From assembly GCF_000013905.1 (NCBI RefSeq), contig NC_007969.1:1950001-1982000 (forward strand): a stretch of 32,000 nt of DNA. The letters run 5' to 3'. The stretch's first letter is position 1, and every line of letters starts with the position of its first letter. Shown here piece after piece: positions 10,600 through 19,487 of the stretch. The notes under the pieces were generated by a model. It ran no database searches. It was not told the DNA's origin and saw nothing but the letters and a program-made list of their open reading frames with translations. The translations under genes and the position numbers were made by a program. The stretch is from Psychrobacter cryohalolentis K5. GTDB taxonomy: Bacteria > Pseudomonadota > Gammaproteobacteria > Pseudomonadales > Moraxellaceae.

Positions 10600-10787
10600 A
10601 AAGGCTTTCAATAAGCAAAGATTATGATCATTTATGACAGTGATCGGTTGCGCTTTACCCTAGCTGCAGATTATACAATCTGTTAAATTCACCGCCTAAG
10701 TGTTTGGCTTGTAGATGATGCTGATATATGCCACTCATCTCAACCTCATGGTTCTCTAAACACTTGGTTATGACTTACTGATCTCTT

Positions 10788-11687
10788 ATGTCTTTAATTG
10801 CTTTTTTTGGTGCACTTGAAAGTGGTCTGATTTATGGCCTAGTGGCGCTTGGCGTCCTTATTTCATTTCGTACCCTCGACTTCCCTGATTTGACCGCTGA
10901 CGGCAGTTTTCCATTAGGTGGTGCGGTCGCTGGCATCTCTATCATCGCTGGTGTCAATCCATGGCTTGCCTGCGCCTTTGGTATGCTAGCCGGCTCAATT
11001 GCTGGTATCGTCACTGCTTGGTTGCACGTTAAGCTTGGCATACTACAGCTCCTTGCCAGTATCTTGGTGATGGTTGCGCTCTATTCTATCAACCTACGTA
11101 TTATGGGTGCGCCAAACTTGCCGCTATTGGGTGAAACGACTGTCTTTAGTACCTTAGTCAATGATGGCAATGGCTATTGGATGCGCTGTCTGATCATTGG
11201 TATTGTCGTACTACTGGCCATGTTATTTTTAAATTGGTTTTATAGTACTGAAACAGGTTTATCTATGCGAGCAACCGGCTCAAACCTACGTATGGCGCAA
11301 GCACAAGGTATCAATACCTCATGGATGACCATCATCGGTATGGCCATTTCTAACGGTTTGATTGCTCTAGCAGGTGCACTGTTTGTACAGACACAAGGTG
11401 GCGCAGATATCTCAATTGGTATCGGTACTATCGTTATTGGTTTGGCAGCGGTCATCATCGGTGAGACGATTATTCCCGCTAAACGCATTTGGCTGATTAC
11501 ATTTGCGGTGGTCGTCGGTGCGGTGTTATACAAGCTGTTTATTCAAGTGGCACTATCGAGCGATACGCTACGTAGTATCGGCTTTGGTCCGCAAGATTTG
11601 AACTTGATTACTGCCCTACTCGTGGTATTGGCATTGGTATTGCCGAAAGCTAAAAATAAATTCTTAAGTCGTAAAGTTCGGGCTTAA
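10788..11687 (+). CDS. ABC transporter permease (branched-chain/BPD_transp_2-type) of the same uptake system
   Basis: 299 aa and highly hydrophobic with multiple TM segments. It sits between the binding-protein genes and the ATPase gene. Confidence 0.85.
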   Translation: MSLIAFFGALESGLIYGLVALGVLISFRTLDFPDLTADGSFPLGGAVAGISIIAGVNPWLACAFGMLAGSIAGIVTAWLHVKLGILQLLASILVMVALYSINLRIMGAPNLPLLGETTVFSTLVNDGNGYWMRCLIIGIVVLLAMLFLNWFYSTETGLSMRATGSNLRMAQAQGINTSWMTIIGMAISNGLIALAGALFVQTQGGADISIGIGTIVIGLAAVIIGETIIPAKRIWLITFAVVVGAVLYKLFIQVALSSDTLRSIGFGPQDLNLITALLVVLALVLPKAKNKFLSRKVRA

Positions 11688-11718
11688 TGTCAATGTGCAC
11701 CCATAAGGAATAATAATT

Positions 11719-12513
11719 ATGATGCAAGCTACAGATTTGCGGTTGACCTTTAATCCCGGAACGCCCATTGAAAACCCTGCCCTACGTGGTATCGATTTAA
11801 ATATCGCTGATGGTGAATTTGTCACTGTCATCGGTACCAATGGCGCGGGAAAATCGACCTTTTTAAACGCGGTTAGTGGTACCACTCGCGTCGATAGTGG
11901 CTCAATCTTACTAAATGGCATTGACGTCACCAAAAAGACCGCGCACCAGCGTGCTCATTGGGTGGCTCGTGTATTTCAAGACCCAATGGCGGGAACTTGT
12001 GAAGCGTTAACGATTGAAGAAAACATGGCGCTTGCCTATAAACGCGGTGGCAAACGTGGTTTAAACTTTGCTCTAAACCAAAATAACCGTGACTTATTTC
12101 GCGAAAAATTGTCGGTCTTAAAACTTGGCTTAGAAAATCGTTTGACTGACCGCATGGGTCTGTTATCCGGTGGTCAGCGCCAAGCCGTTAGCCTATTGAT
12201 GGCATCACTACAGCCTTCTAAGATTCTATTACTTGATGAGCACACGGCGGCGCTTGACCCTAAGACTGCCGCTTTTGTGTTAGAACTAACCGATAAAATT
12301 GTCACTGACAATCAGCTTACTACCATGATGGTCACGCACTCGATGCAGCAAGCGCTCGCTCATGGCACGCGTACCGTGATGCTACATCAAGGTCAAGTGG
12401 TATTAGATGTGGCTGGTGATAAACGTCAAGGCATGACTGTGCACGATCTACTCGATATGTTTGAGCAAACGCGCGGCGAGAAAGTTGATGATGACAGCTT
12501 AATATTAAGCTAA
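11719..12513 (+). CDS. ABC transporter ATP-binding protein
   Basis: 264 aa. Walker A GTNGAGKST, signature LSGGQRQ and Walker B LLLDEHTAALD. Confidence 0.93.
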   Translation: MMQATDLRLTFNPGTPIENPALRGIDLNIADGEFVTVIGTNGAGKSTFLNAVSGTTRVDSGSILLNGIDVTKKTAHQRAHWVARVFQDPMAGTCEALTIEENMALAYKRGGKRGLNFALNQNNRDLFREKLSVLKLGLENRLTDRMGLLSGGQRQAVSLLMASLQPSKILLLDEHTAALDPKTAAFVLELTDKIVTDNQLTTMMVTHSMQQALAHGTRTVMLHQGQVVLDVAGDKRQGMTVHDLLDMFEQTRGEKVDDDSLILS

Positions 12514-12548
12514 CCGATAACCCGTATTTCTTTGAATATAGATAAAAA

Positions 12549-12575
12549 ACGCCTACTTAATCGTAGGCGTTTTTT
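12549..12575 (+). terminator. Rho-independent terminator of the ABC transporter operon
   Basis: Stem cgcctac (12550-12556) / gtaggcg (12563-12569) with a 6-nt loop, then T6 (12570-12575). Confidence 0.75.
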
Positions 12576-12666
12576 GCTTTTAGTTTACGATAAAAATAAT
12601 ATCTGATCGTTATTCCCAATTTAGAATCTAACGTCACTATAGTTAACATACCCTAAAAACGCTACG

Positions 12667-12743
12667 GTACTGCGGGTACAAATTTTTTTGCAGCCTCTGT
12701 CTGCGTAGGCACAGCAAGAAAGAAAAATTGATACCAGCAGTAC
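12667..12743. repeat. Intergenic imperfect-palindrome repeat element, copy 2 of 3 (opposite orientation to copy 1)
   Basis: Arms gtactgcgggtac (12667-12679) and ataccagcagtac (12731-12743). The core cctctgtctgcgtaggcacagcaagaaagaaaaatt matches the reverse complement of copy 1 with a few substitutions. Confidence 0.8.
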
Positions 12744-12969
12744 ATAATATGTCGATATTACTTTTCATTGACTATATCTTTTGAATCAGCTCGCTTTTTA
12801 TATACCAAAGTCCTCTACTCATCAGCCACGCCTGATTTGCTTTGAGGTTTTTGTTATTGATAGGTAATGATATCGCCACTTTGCCACTAGCCATTATATA
12901 GTAAGCGTTTATACATCTGCTCTTAGTAAAATGACCGTTATCTATCAGCACTCGCCTATAAGGTTTATC

Positions 12970-15312
12970 ATGCGCAAAATTCCTGTTTATATACACCCTG
13001 CAGCGGGCTGGCCTGCACTGATTGCCTCTACGCGTACCTTAATGGATTACAAGGCTTTTTTGCGCGGCAGTATCAGCGTCTTACATAGCAATCAGCCAAA
13101 GGACGGCTTTGATTGTCCGGGCTGCGCATGGCCGGATCACAAGTCAAATAAGGCCATAGATGTCTGTGAAAACGGTATCAAAGTCATCGCCAGTGAAACG
13201 ATGAACAGACGAGCAGACGCAACTTTTTTTGCTAATAATACAGTCACAGCGTTACAAGGCTGGTCAGGCTATGAGCTTGAACACAGTGGACGCTTATCAG
13301 AACCACTCTATTATTATGCTGCTCAAGACCGCTATCTGCCGATTTCTTGGCAAGCGGCTTATGAGATTATCGCTGACCAATTAAAACAGCTTGATTCGCC
13401 AGATGAAGCACTGTTTTATACCTCAGGACGGGTGACCAACGAGCCTGCTTTTATGTTTCAACTATTTGTGCGCTGTTTTGGCACCAATAACTTGCCTGAT
13501 TGCTCAAACATGTGTCATGAGCCAACGTCAGTGATGCTTGGTAAGCAGTTAGGCATCGGTAAAGCAACCGTAATATTGGAAGATTTTGAGCAGGCTAAAT
13601 TGATTTTATTGTTTGGACAAAATCCTGCAACCAATCACCCACGTATGCTTGAGATGCTCGCCCATGCCCATAAGCAAGGCTGCCGAATTATTTCTATCAA
13701 CCCCATGCGTGAACAGGGTCTAAGCAAGTTTAGAAACCCACAAAAACCCTCCCATATGGCAGCAGGTCAAAGTGATGAGATGGTCGATGAGGTTATCCAA
13801 ATACAAATCGGTGGCGATGCGGCTTTATTAACCGGCATGGCCAAATGGCTCACCAAAAACGGTAAAATGAACAGTGGTTTTATTGAGCAGCATACCTCAG
13901 GCTATGACGCTCTGGATGCTTGGTTACATCAGCAATCTTGGACGGATGTAGAGCTTGGCTGTGGCATTAGTAAAGCAGAGATTATTATGCTCGCAAAGTT
14001 GGTTGCTGAGAGTCCAGCAACGATTTGTACATGGGGCATGGGCATCACTCAGCATGTCCAAGGCGAAGATAATGTTGCCATGATTACCAACTTGCTATTG
14101 TTGATGGGTATGATTGGTATCGATGGTGCAGGCGCATCGCCTGTACGTGGACACTCAAACGTGCAGGGTGATCGTACCATGGGTATTCATGAACGCCCTA
14201 AGCAGAGCTTGCTTGATAGTCTTGAGCGTGTTTTTAAGCAACCGATGCCACAAGAAGATGGGCTTGATGTCATCGCCGGTGCAAAGGCACTAATAAAAGG
14301 CGACATCAAAGCCTTTGTTAGTATGGGTGGCAACTATGCGGTTGCAGCACCAGACAAGAGTGCCATTCAAACTGCACTGACCTCTACAGAGCTGAACGTC
14401 TTTGTAGCAACCAAACTCAATGAAACCATGTTATATCCGGGCAAAAACAACCTTATCCTGCCTTGCATCGGTCGTACCGAGCGCCTCATCACTGATAAAG
14501 GTGAGCAGTTTGCCACTATTGAGGACTCAATGTGTCAAGTTGTGGCGACCAGAGGACGCATAAAGCCTATCAGCGACGCGCTAAAATCCGAAGCGCAAAT
14601 CGTTGCAGATATGGCAACTCATGTACTTGGAACTGAATCCTCAATCCCTTGGCAAGCGATGAGTACGGATTTTGATATTATTCGTGATTATATTGCGCAA
14701 GCGATTGAAGGGTTTGAAAACTTTAATCAGCGTATTCGTGCCGCTGAGCGTGGTTTTCACTTGTATCATGCGGCGCGTCATCGGATTTGGAATACGGATA
14801 GTGGTAAAGCACAGTTTGAAGTACCGCAATATCCGATTACCTACGTTGCCGCGCAAATGGCACAAACGACATTCGATTATCAAAATAATTCAGTAAACAA
14901 TCAAATCTTTGATATGAACCAGTCCGCTGAGCAAAACGTCTGGCAACTAACAAGTGTCCGTAGTCATGACCAATTTAACACCATGATATTCGGCTTCCAA
15001 GATCGCTACCGACAGACTGATCGTCGTGATGTGCTCTTTATGCATCCAGATGAAATCAGTCGCTTAGGTTGGCAAAAAGGCGATCAAATCATGGTATCGC
15101 GCCAAGACAGTCAAAATGCTGAGCGCACGTTAGGACCTTTGATACTAACAGAGATGGATATTGCAGCGAATGCAGTGGCAACCTATTATCCTGAATGTAA
15201 TGACCTCCTTGATTTGGACAGTCATGCGCCGGAATCCAGAACACCTGCTTATAAGTCTGTTACCGTGGTATTGAAGTGTGTTGAACAAAGCAGTATGGCA
15301 ACTGCCGTATGA
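12970..15312 (+). CDS. YdeP/FdhF-like molybdopterin (bis-MGD) oxidoreductase alpha subunit
   Basis: Motifs GFDCPGCAWPD...DVCENG (N-terminal Cys cluster), SNMCHEPTSV, RGHSNVQGDRTMGI and SVRSHDQFNT match my memory of E. coli YdeP along the whole length. The track ORF begins at 12931. I prefer ATG 12970 (MRKIPVYIHPAAGWPAL) because AAGG lies 7 nt upstream and homologs start there. Confidence 0.88.
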   Translation: MRKIPVYIHPAAGWPALIASTRTLMDYKAFLRGSISVLHSNQPKDGFDCPGCAWPDHKSNKAIDVCENGIKVIASETMNRRADATFFANNTVTALQGWSGYELEHSGRLSEPLYYYAAQDRYLPISWQAAYEIIADQLKQLDSPDEALFYTSGRVTNEPAFMFQLFVRCFGTNNLPDCSNMCHEPTSVMLGKQLGIGKATVILEDFEQAKLILLFGQNPATNHPRMLEMLAHAHKQGCRIISINPMREQGLSKFRNPQKPSHMAAGQSDEMVDEVIQIQIGGDAALLTGMAKWLTKNGKMNSGFIEQHTSGYDALDAWLHQQSWTDVELGCGISKAEIIMLAKLVAESPATICTWGMGITQHVQGEDNVAMITNLLLLMGMIGIDGAGASPVRGHSNVQGDRTMGIHERPKQSLLDSLERVFKQPMPQEDGLDVIAGAKALIKGDIKAFVSMGGNYAVAAPDKSAIQTALTSTELNVFVATKLNETMLYPGKNNLILPCIGRTERLITDKGEQFATIEDSMCQVVATRGRIKPISDALKSEAQIVADMATHVLGTESSIPWQAMSTDFDIIRDYIAQAIEGFENFNQRIRAAERGFHLYHAARHRIWNTDSGKAQFEVPQYPITYVAAQMAQTTFDYQNNSVNNQIFDMNQSAEQNVWQLTSVRSHDQFNTMIFGFQDRYRQTDRRDVLFMHPDEISRLGWQKGDQIMVSRQDSQNAERTLGPLILTEMDIAANAVATYYPECNDLLDLDSHAPESRTPAYKSVTVVLKCVEQSSMATAV

Positions 15313-15372
15313 TGGGTATCTCGGCATTAGGACTTTTATTTTATTGATAACACAGGCTAATAAGCACTCACA

Positions 15373-16386
15373 ATGGCAAACAAACCTCACTTGGCTGCAG
15401 AAGATAGCTTTAAGAAAGATGCGCCATTATCACGGCTACATGTGGCATATAAACACAGCTATGCATCAGATACATTTTTAGATGCTGCTAAGAAGGCGCC
15501 GCTGGATATTGATACCAAGTCAGGAATGTTGGCTGTTGAGGCAGCTGTAGCCATTGTAATTAATGGCATTCATTACGCTGTCTTGATGGCAAGTCCTTAT
15601 CAGCTCGAATACCTTGCCATCGGCTTTTTATATAGTGAAGGATTGATTCAGCATAGTCATGAATTACTAGATTGGGATATTACTCAATTAACAGACGATG
15701 AAAGTTATCAAGACTTTACTCCTGATTCTTTCATTCAAAATTCTTCTAATAAAGATTCTCTTAATTCTAATGTGACTGATGAGCTTATAAGCTTGGATCA
15801 GCTCTCAGAGCAGCTACAAGACTATGATATATACGTGGTCGAGCTAGTCTTAAACCAGCGCTGTCATCAGCGTATTCAAGCGCAAAAACGCCAACTGGCA
15901 GGACGCACAGGATGCGGTATGTGCGGCATAACGGGTTTAACGCAAGCACTACCCGATCTAAGTGAATATCAGATAAACAAGCTATTGCTTAGTAGAGCGA
16001 TGCCTAGTCTTGACGATTTACTGAGTATACAGGCGCAAATCAATGCAGCCCAGCATACCCATCAGCTCACAGGCGCTGTCCATGCTGCTGCAACCCTATA
16101 CGAGCAGCAGCTGTACCTATTTGAGGACGTGGGGCGCCATAACGCCCTTGATAAGCTCATAGGATGGCAGTTGCATCATAAGGTAGAGGTTGACTATGTG
16201 CTAATGACTTCGCGTTTATCGATTGAGCTGGTACAAAAATCCATTCGTAGTCGTATACCTTGGCTGATTGGTATGTCTGCACCGACCAGTACCGCGGTAC
16301 GTGTTGCCGAGCGTTATGGCTTAGGCCTAGCAGGATTTTTACGTGATAACCGCGTGACTTACTACGCAGGTTATGCCGACTCTTAA
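15373..16386 (+). CDS. fdhD: Formate dehydrogenase accessory sulfurtransferase FdhD
   Basis: The Cys loop AGRTGCGMCG and the motif EDVGRHNALDKLIG are diagnostic of FdhD. It lies directly downstream of the molybdoenzyme gene. At 337 aa it is longer than typical FdhD (see findings). Confidence 0.88.
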   Translation: MANKPHLAAEDSFKKDAPLSRLHVAYKHSYASDTFLDAAKKAPLDIDTKSGMLAVEAAVAIVINGIHYAVLMASPYQLEYLAIGFLYSEGLIQHSHELLDWDITQLTDDESYQDFTPDSFIQNSSNKDSLNSNVTDELISLDQLSEQLQDYDIYVVELVLNQRCHQRIQAQKRQLAGRTGCGMCGITGLTQALPDLSEYQINKLLLSRAMPSLDDLLSIQAQINAAQHTHQLTGAVHAAATLYEQQLYLFEDVGRHNALDKLIGWQLHHKVEVDYVLMTSRLSIELVQKSIRSRIPWLIGMSAPTSTAVRVAERYGLGLAGFLRDNRVTYYAGYADS

Positions 16387-16810
16387 AATACATACACCCT
16401 CTTCTACTCTAATGTTTGAACACATTCTTTGTCTAACCACTTCCATCAAACTTTGTTTTTTAATATCTTCCTCATCTGTCGAACAGACTTTTCAATGATC
16501 AAATTTATATATCATTATTTATAATAATTAACCATAAAATTTGTGATTGATAGCAGAATAGGTTAGTCTTAAGGCACAAACATGTTACTAATATTTAACA
16601 TTACTGTAGTTTTAATTATCAATGCTACATATGTCAGGTTAAATGCTTAGACATTTATCACCTGCCATCACGATTACGGATTATGTTTATTAGACCATAG
16701 ATAAGTAAAGCAATATTCGATCCATGGTTATATATATCTGATACACGCTATCTAAACCTAGCATAAGTCAAGCAGTTGCGACTTACCGCTCATCCGTATT
16801 ATTGCTATAG

Positions 16811-16826
16811 ATGCTTGTACAAGCAT
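16811..16826. promoter_or_regulatory. Perfect 16-bp palindrome in the long leader upstream of the symporter gene, a candidate regulator binding site
   Basis: atgcttgtacaagcat equals its own reverse complement (checked by hand). Confidence 0.3.
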
Positions 16827-17012
16827 TTATCAGCAGCCAGCTATATCACGTATGCATCATTCGTAGCGTAATGGTTCAGCCATTTACAGACGCATATCGA
16901 GCGTTGCCCCTATGATTTTTGACATATCCTTCATAATTTATGATGAAGTCATGCAGAGGCAAAAGCATCCGCTTTCAAATTTTTTTGTGACGGTTCATCT
17001 CGTTGCGTGCTA

Positions 17013-17049
17013 CCTATAATTGACCTATAGGCTGAATAGGTCGTTTTTG
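17013..17049 (+). promoter_or_regulatory. Candidate -10 box plus attenuator-like hairpin ~55-90 nt upstream of the symporter start
   Basis: TATAAT at 17015-17020, with only a weak -35. Hairpin gacctat (17022-17028) / ataggtc (17036-17042) is followed by gttttt. An alternative pairing of cctata (17013-17018) with tatagg (17026-17031) overlaps the left arm of that hairpin. Confidence 0.25.
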
Positions 17050-17102
17050 CATACCTCATAGTCTAGGAGAATACGTTTTAATCTATATTTTACTTATAAC
17101 AA

Positions 17103-18788
17103 TTGCGAGGTAGGAATTTGAAAACTGAGTCATTGTTCCAATTTTCAGCATTAACCATCATTTTGCTATTACTGGCATTTTATGGTGGTACTTATCTGCT
17201 GTCTTTATTAATAAAAAAAGATAAGGAGACGACCTCAGGTTTTATGGTCGCCGGTCACAACGTCGGTTTTGGTATGGGCGCTGCTAGTATGACCGCTACT
17301 TGGATCTGGGCAGCGTCATTTTATGCAGCTGCCACATCCGGCTATAAATATGGCGTCTCAGGACCGTTACATTATGGTTTTTGGGGTGCCTTGATGATTT
17401 TATTCATCTACCCTTTTGGGATGCGATTTCGTGAACTTGCCCCTAATGGACATACCTTGGGTGAACTTATTCACGCCCGCCACGGCTCATCAAGCCAATT
17501 AATTTTAGCCATATCTAACCTTATGGGCAGCTTAATTAGCTTGATGGTCAATTTCACCGCTGCTGGCGCATTGGTATCAGTATTATCACCTTTGTCATTC
17601 CAAACAGGGGTGATTATCGCTGGCGTCGGAGTGCTAAGCTATACCTTAACTTCTGGATTTCGTGCTTCAGTGTTCACCGATTTTGCCCAATTGGTCGCGT
17701 TAATGGCGATTGGTGTCATCATTATCCCAGCGGTACTGTTTTCCATGGGTGGTCCTTCTGCCATGGTAAGCGGACTTTCAAATCTAACCTTGCAGCAACA
17801 AGACTTCTTTTCATCTGAAGCCTTTTTTCAGCAAGGTGCGCCCTATTTTGTCGCAGTATTGGCTTATGCCATCGGCAATCAAACCATTACCCAACGTCTA
17901 TTTGCCATTGATAAAAGCAAAATTAAAGCAACCTTTATTACTGCTACTGTCGGATATGCCGGTATTGTAATTGGTCTCGGCATGATTGGACTTATGGCAT
18001 TAACCATAGGTATTGAGCCGCTCAATGGCAATATGAATAATTTGATTCCGCAAATGGTCAGCACGTATCTACATCCGGTATTCATCGCCTTATTCTTTAT
18101 CTTGGTTATTGGTGCCCTGTCCTCAACGGCTGATTCAGATTTATCAGCACTATCTACCATTATGATGGCTGACATCTATGGCAAGAATATTGCCAAAAAA
18201 GGCGGCGTAAACCCAAAAACCATGATGCTTGTCGGTCGGGGAACCATGATTGTCGCTACGGCTGCCGGATTGATTTTTGCCAGCTTTAAGCTTGATATTC
18301 TCGTGATGTTAGTCTTTGTCGGTGCGTTATGGGGTGCGATTGTATTTCCAGTGATTGCCAGTGTGTTCTGGAATCGCGTGACAAACACTGCCTTTACCTC
18401 AGCCGTCATCGTCGGATTATTGTTATTCTGTATCGCTCGCTTTGAGCTCATACCTATCATTGGTGTTACGGCGCTATTTTTTGAAGTATTGGCAAGCGTT
18501 GGTGCTGCTGTGGTGATTGGCCTCATGGTATTTGGCTTTTTAGGTCGAAAAATGGCTGTGGCAGCTGCTGCCCTTACACTGATACTGATGCTGATATTTG
18601 CCACTGGTTTCTTACGTCAATATATGGTGCTGCTTGCATCACTGACCGCTTATGGTGCCAGTACAATCGTCTGCGTCATTATCAGCCTTATGAGCAACGA
18701 GCATTTTGACTTTGATCTTATTAAACAGCGCGTTGGCGACTATGACAATAAACCCAACATACCGCCGACCACCAACGTTCAAAACTAG
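17103..18788 (+). CDS. Sodium:solute symporter (SSS) family transporter, substrate unknown
   Basis: 561 aa and polytopic, with SSS-like Gly/Ala-rich TM segments. No ATG or GTG lies upstream of the first TM segment, so the start must be TTG. The TTG at 17118 with GAGG at 17107-17110 is more plausible than the TTG at 17103. Confidence 0.8.
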   Translation: MRGRNLKTESLFQFSALTIILLLLAFYGGTYLLSLLIKKDKETTSGFMVAGHNVGFGMGAASMTATWIWAASFYAAATSGYKYGVSGPLHYGFWGALMILFIYPFGMRFRELAPNGHTLGELIHARHGSSSQLILAISNLMGSLISLMVNFTAAGALVSVLSPLSFQTGVIIAGVGVLSYTLTSGFRASVFTDFAQLVALMAIGVIIIPAVLFSMGGPSAMVSGLSNLTLQQQDFFSSEAFFQQGAPYFVAVLAYAIGNQTITQRLFAIDKSKIKATFITATVGYAGIVIGLGMIGLMALTIGIEPLNGNMNNLIPQMVSTYLHPVFIALFFILVIGALSSTADSDLSALSTIMMADIYGKNIAKKGGVNPKTMMLVGRGTMIVATAAGLIFASFKLDILVMLVFVGALWGAIVFPVIASVFWNRVTNTAFTSAVIVGLLLFCIARFELIPIIGVTALFFEVLASVGAAVVIGLMVFGFLGRKMAVAAAALTLILMLIFATGFLRQYMVLLASLTAYGASTIVCVIISLMSNEHFDFDLIKQRVGDYDNKPNIPPTTNVQN

Positions 18789-18876
18789 ATTTATATCTTA
18801 TCGACGTTTTGATGAATTTTTTAATGGCTTGATGTATTCATCATTCATTTTTAATACCTAAAATAAAGGAGTTAAT

Positions 18877-19011
18877 ATGGAAACCACGTTTTTTTATGGG
18901 CTTTATATCTTAATCTGGCCAGCAATCACGCTGGGTGTACTGATACTTATTTGTACTGCGACTTATAGAGATGTAAAAAAGGCCGTAAATAACAATAAAA
19001 GTATCGTTTAG
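18877..19011 (+). CDS. Candidate small membrane protein (44 aa) downstream of the symporter, not in the supplied ORF track
   Basis: SD AAGGAG at 18867-18872 lies 4 nt before the ATG at 18877. The translation is METTFFYGLYILIWPAITLGVLILICTATYRDVKKAVNNNKSIV, with one clear TM helix and a basic tail. I checked the frame and the TAG stop at 19009-19011 by hand. Confidence 0.45.
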   Translation: METTFFYGLYILIWPAITLGVLILICTATYRDVKKAVNNNKSIV

Positions 19012-19097
19012 CGGCTTAATTGAGGCTAGGATTTATCGTGATATGACGCTAAATACGCCTAACCTGATAAATAATCGGTCTTTATATCAAAAAGGGC

Positions 19098-19125
19098 TTG
19101 TAATTTAAATTATATTTGCTAATAT
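19098..19125 (+). promoter_or_regulatory. Candidate sigma70 promoter for tRNA-Cys
   Basis: TTGTAA (19098-19103), a 16-nt spacer, then TAATAT (19120-19125). It ends ~15 nt upstream of the mature tRNA 5' end. Confidence 0.4.
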
Positions 19126-19139
19126 AGGCGTCCTTGATT

Positions 19140-19213
19140 GGCTGGGTGGCAGAGTGGTCATGCAGCGGACTGCAACTCCGTTAACGCCGGTTCGATTCCG
19201 ACCTCAGCCTCCA
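19140..19213 (+). tRNA. tRNA-Cys (anticodon GCA)
   Basis: 74 nt, folded by hand. Acceptor GGCTGGG/CTCAGCC has one G-T pair. The anticodon stem is GCGGA/TCCGT and the loop CTGCAAC carries GCA. The T loop is TTCGATT and CCA is encoded. The T stem has one C-A mismatch. The sequence is close to E. coli tRNA-Cys. Confidence 0.9.
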
Positions 19214-19257
19214 ATTATTTAGGTTAAAAATTTATTAGGATTTATATTAATTTTAGC

Positions 19258-19285
19258 TTGCTTTATTAATGTAAATGCTTATAAT
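19258..19285 (+). promoter_or_regulatory. Candidate sigma70 promoter for tRNA-Leu
   Basis: TTGCTT (19258-19263), a 16-nt spacer, then TATAAT (19280-19285). Confidence 0.4.
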
Positions 19286-19338
19286 AGCGACCACTATCTA
19301 ACAAGTAGAAAGCTTACTTATTAGATAATACAAGTTTT

Positions 19339-19425
19339 GCCCGGGTGGTGAAATTGGTAGACACAAGGGATTTAAAATCCCTCGCTAGTAATAGCGTGCC
19401 GGTTCAAGTCCGGCTCCGGGTACCA
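19339..19425 (+). tRNA. tRNA-Leu (anticodon TAA), class II with a long variable arm
   Basis: 87 nt. Acceptor GCCCGGG/TCCGGGT. The anticodon arm AGGGA-TTTAAAA-TCCCT carries TAA. The variable arm is CGCTAGTAATAGCG, the T arm is CCGGTTCAAGTCCGG, and CCA is encoded. It is nearly identical in layout to E. coli leuZ-type tRNA. Confidence 0.95.
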
Positions 19426-19460
19426 TTACATAGTCCTATACTAACTTATAGAACAGCTAA

Positions 19461-19487
19461 AGCCCCTGATATCAGGGGCTTTGTTGT
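19461..19487 (+). terminator. Hairpin terminator downstream of tRNA-Leu
   Basis: Perfect 20-nt palindrome agcccctgat/atcaggggct (19461-19480), followed by the T-rich ttgttgt. Confidence 0.55.

Noticed and set aside
12772-12996. 74-aa minus-strand ORF overlapping the start region of the YdeP-like gene, and the 12931 start of that gene
   Set aside because: The minus-strand ORF has no recognisable features and overlaps the promoter and 5' end of a strong gene. The 12931 ATG adds 13 residues (MTVIYQHSPIRFI) that homologs lack and has no SD, so I prefer 12970.
10832-18604. Antisense ORFs in the permease (10832..11041, 11240..11533), across the permease/ATPase junction and ATPase 5' end (11664..11933), in the oxidoreductase (14641..14883, 14672..14896, 15145..15390, 15278..15481), in fdhD (16157..16393) and in the symporter (17879..18175, 18176..18604)
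   Set aside because: All are embedded in or overlap better-supported genes. The hydrophobic or Ala/Thr-rich translations are what the reverse strand of membrane-protein genes typically gives.
19140-19213. Possibility that tRNA-Cys is a pseudogene because of a C-A mismatch in the T stem
   Set aside because: All other stems, the anticodon loop, the T loop, the discriminator and the encoded CCA are intact, and a plausible promoter precedes it. A single mismatch is tolerated in many functional tRNAs.
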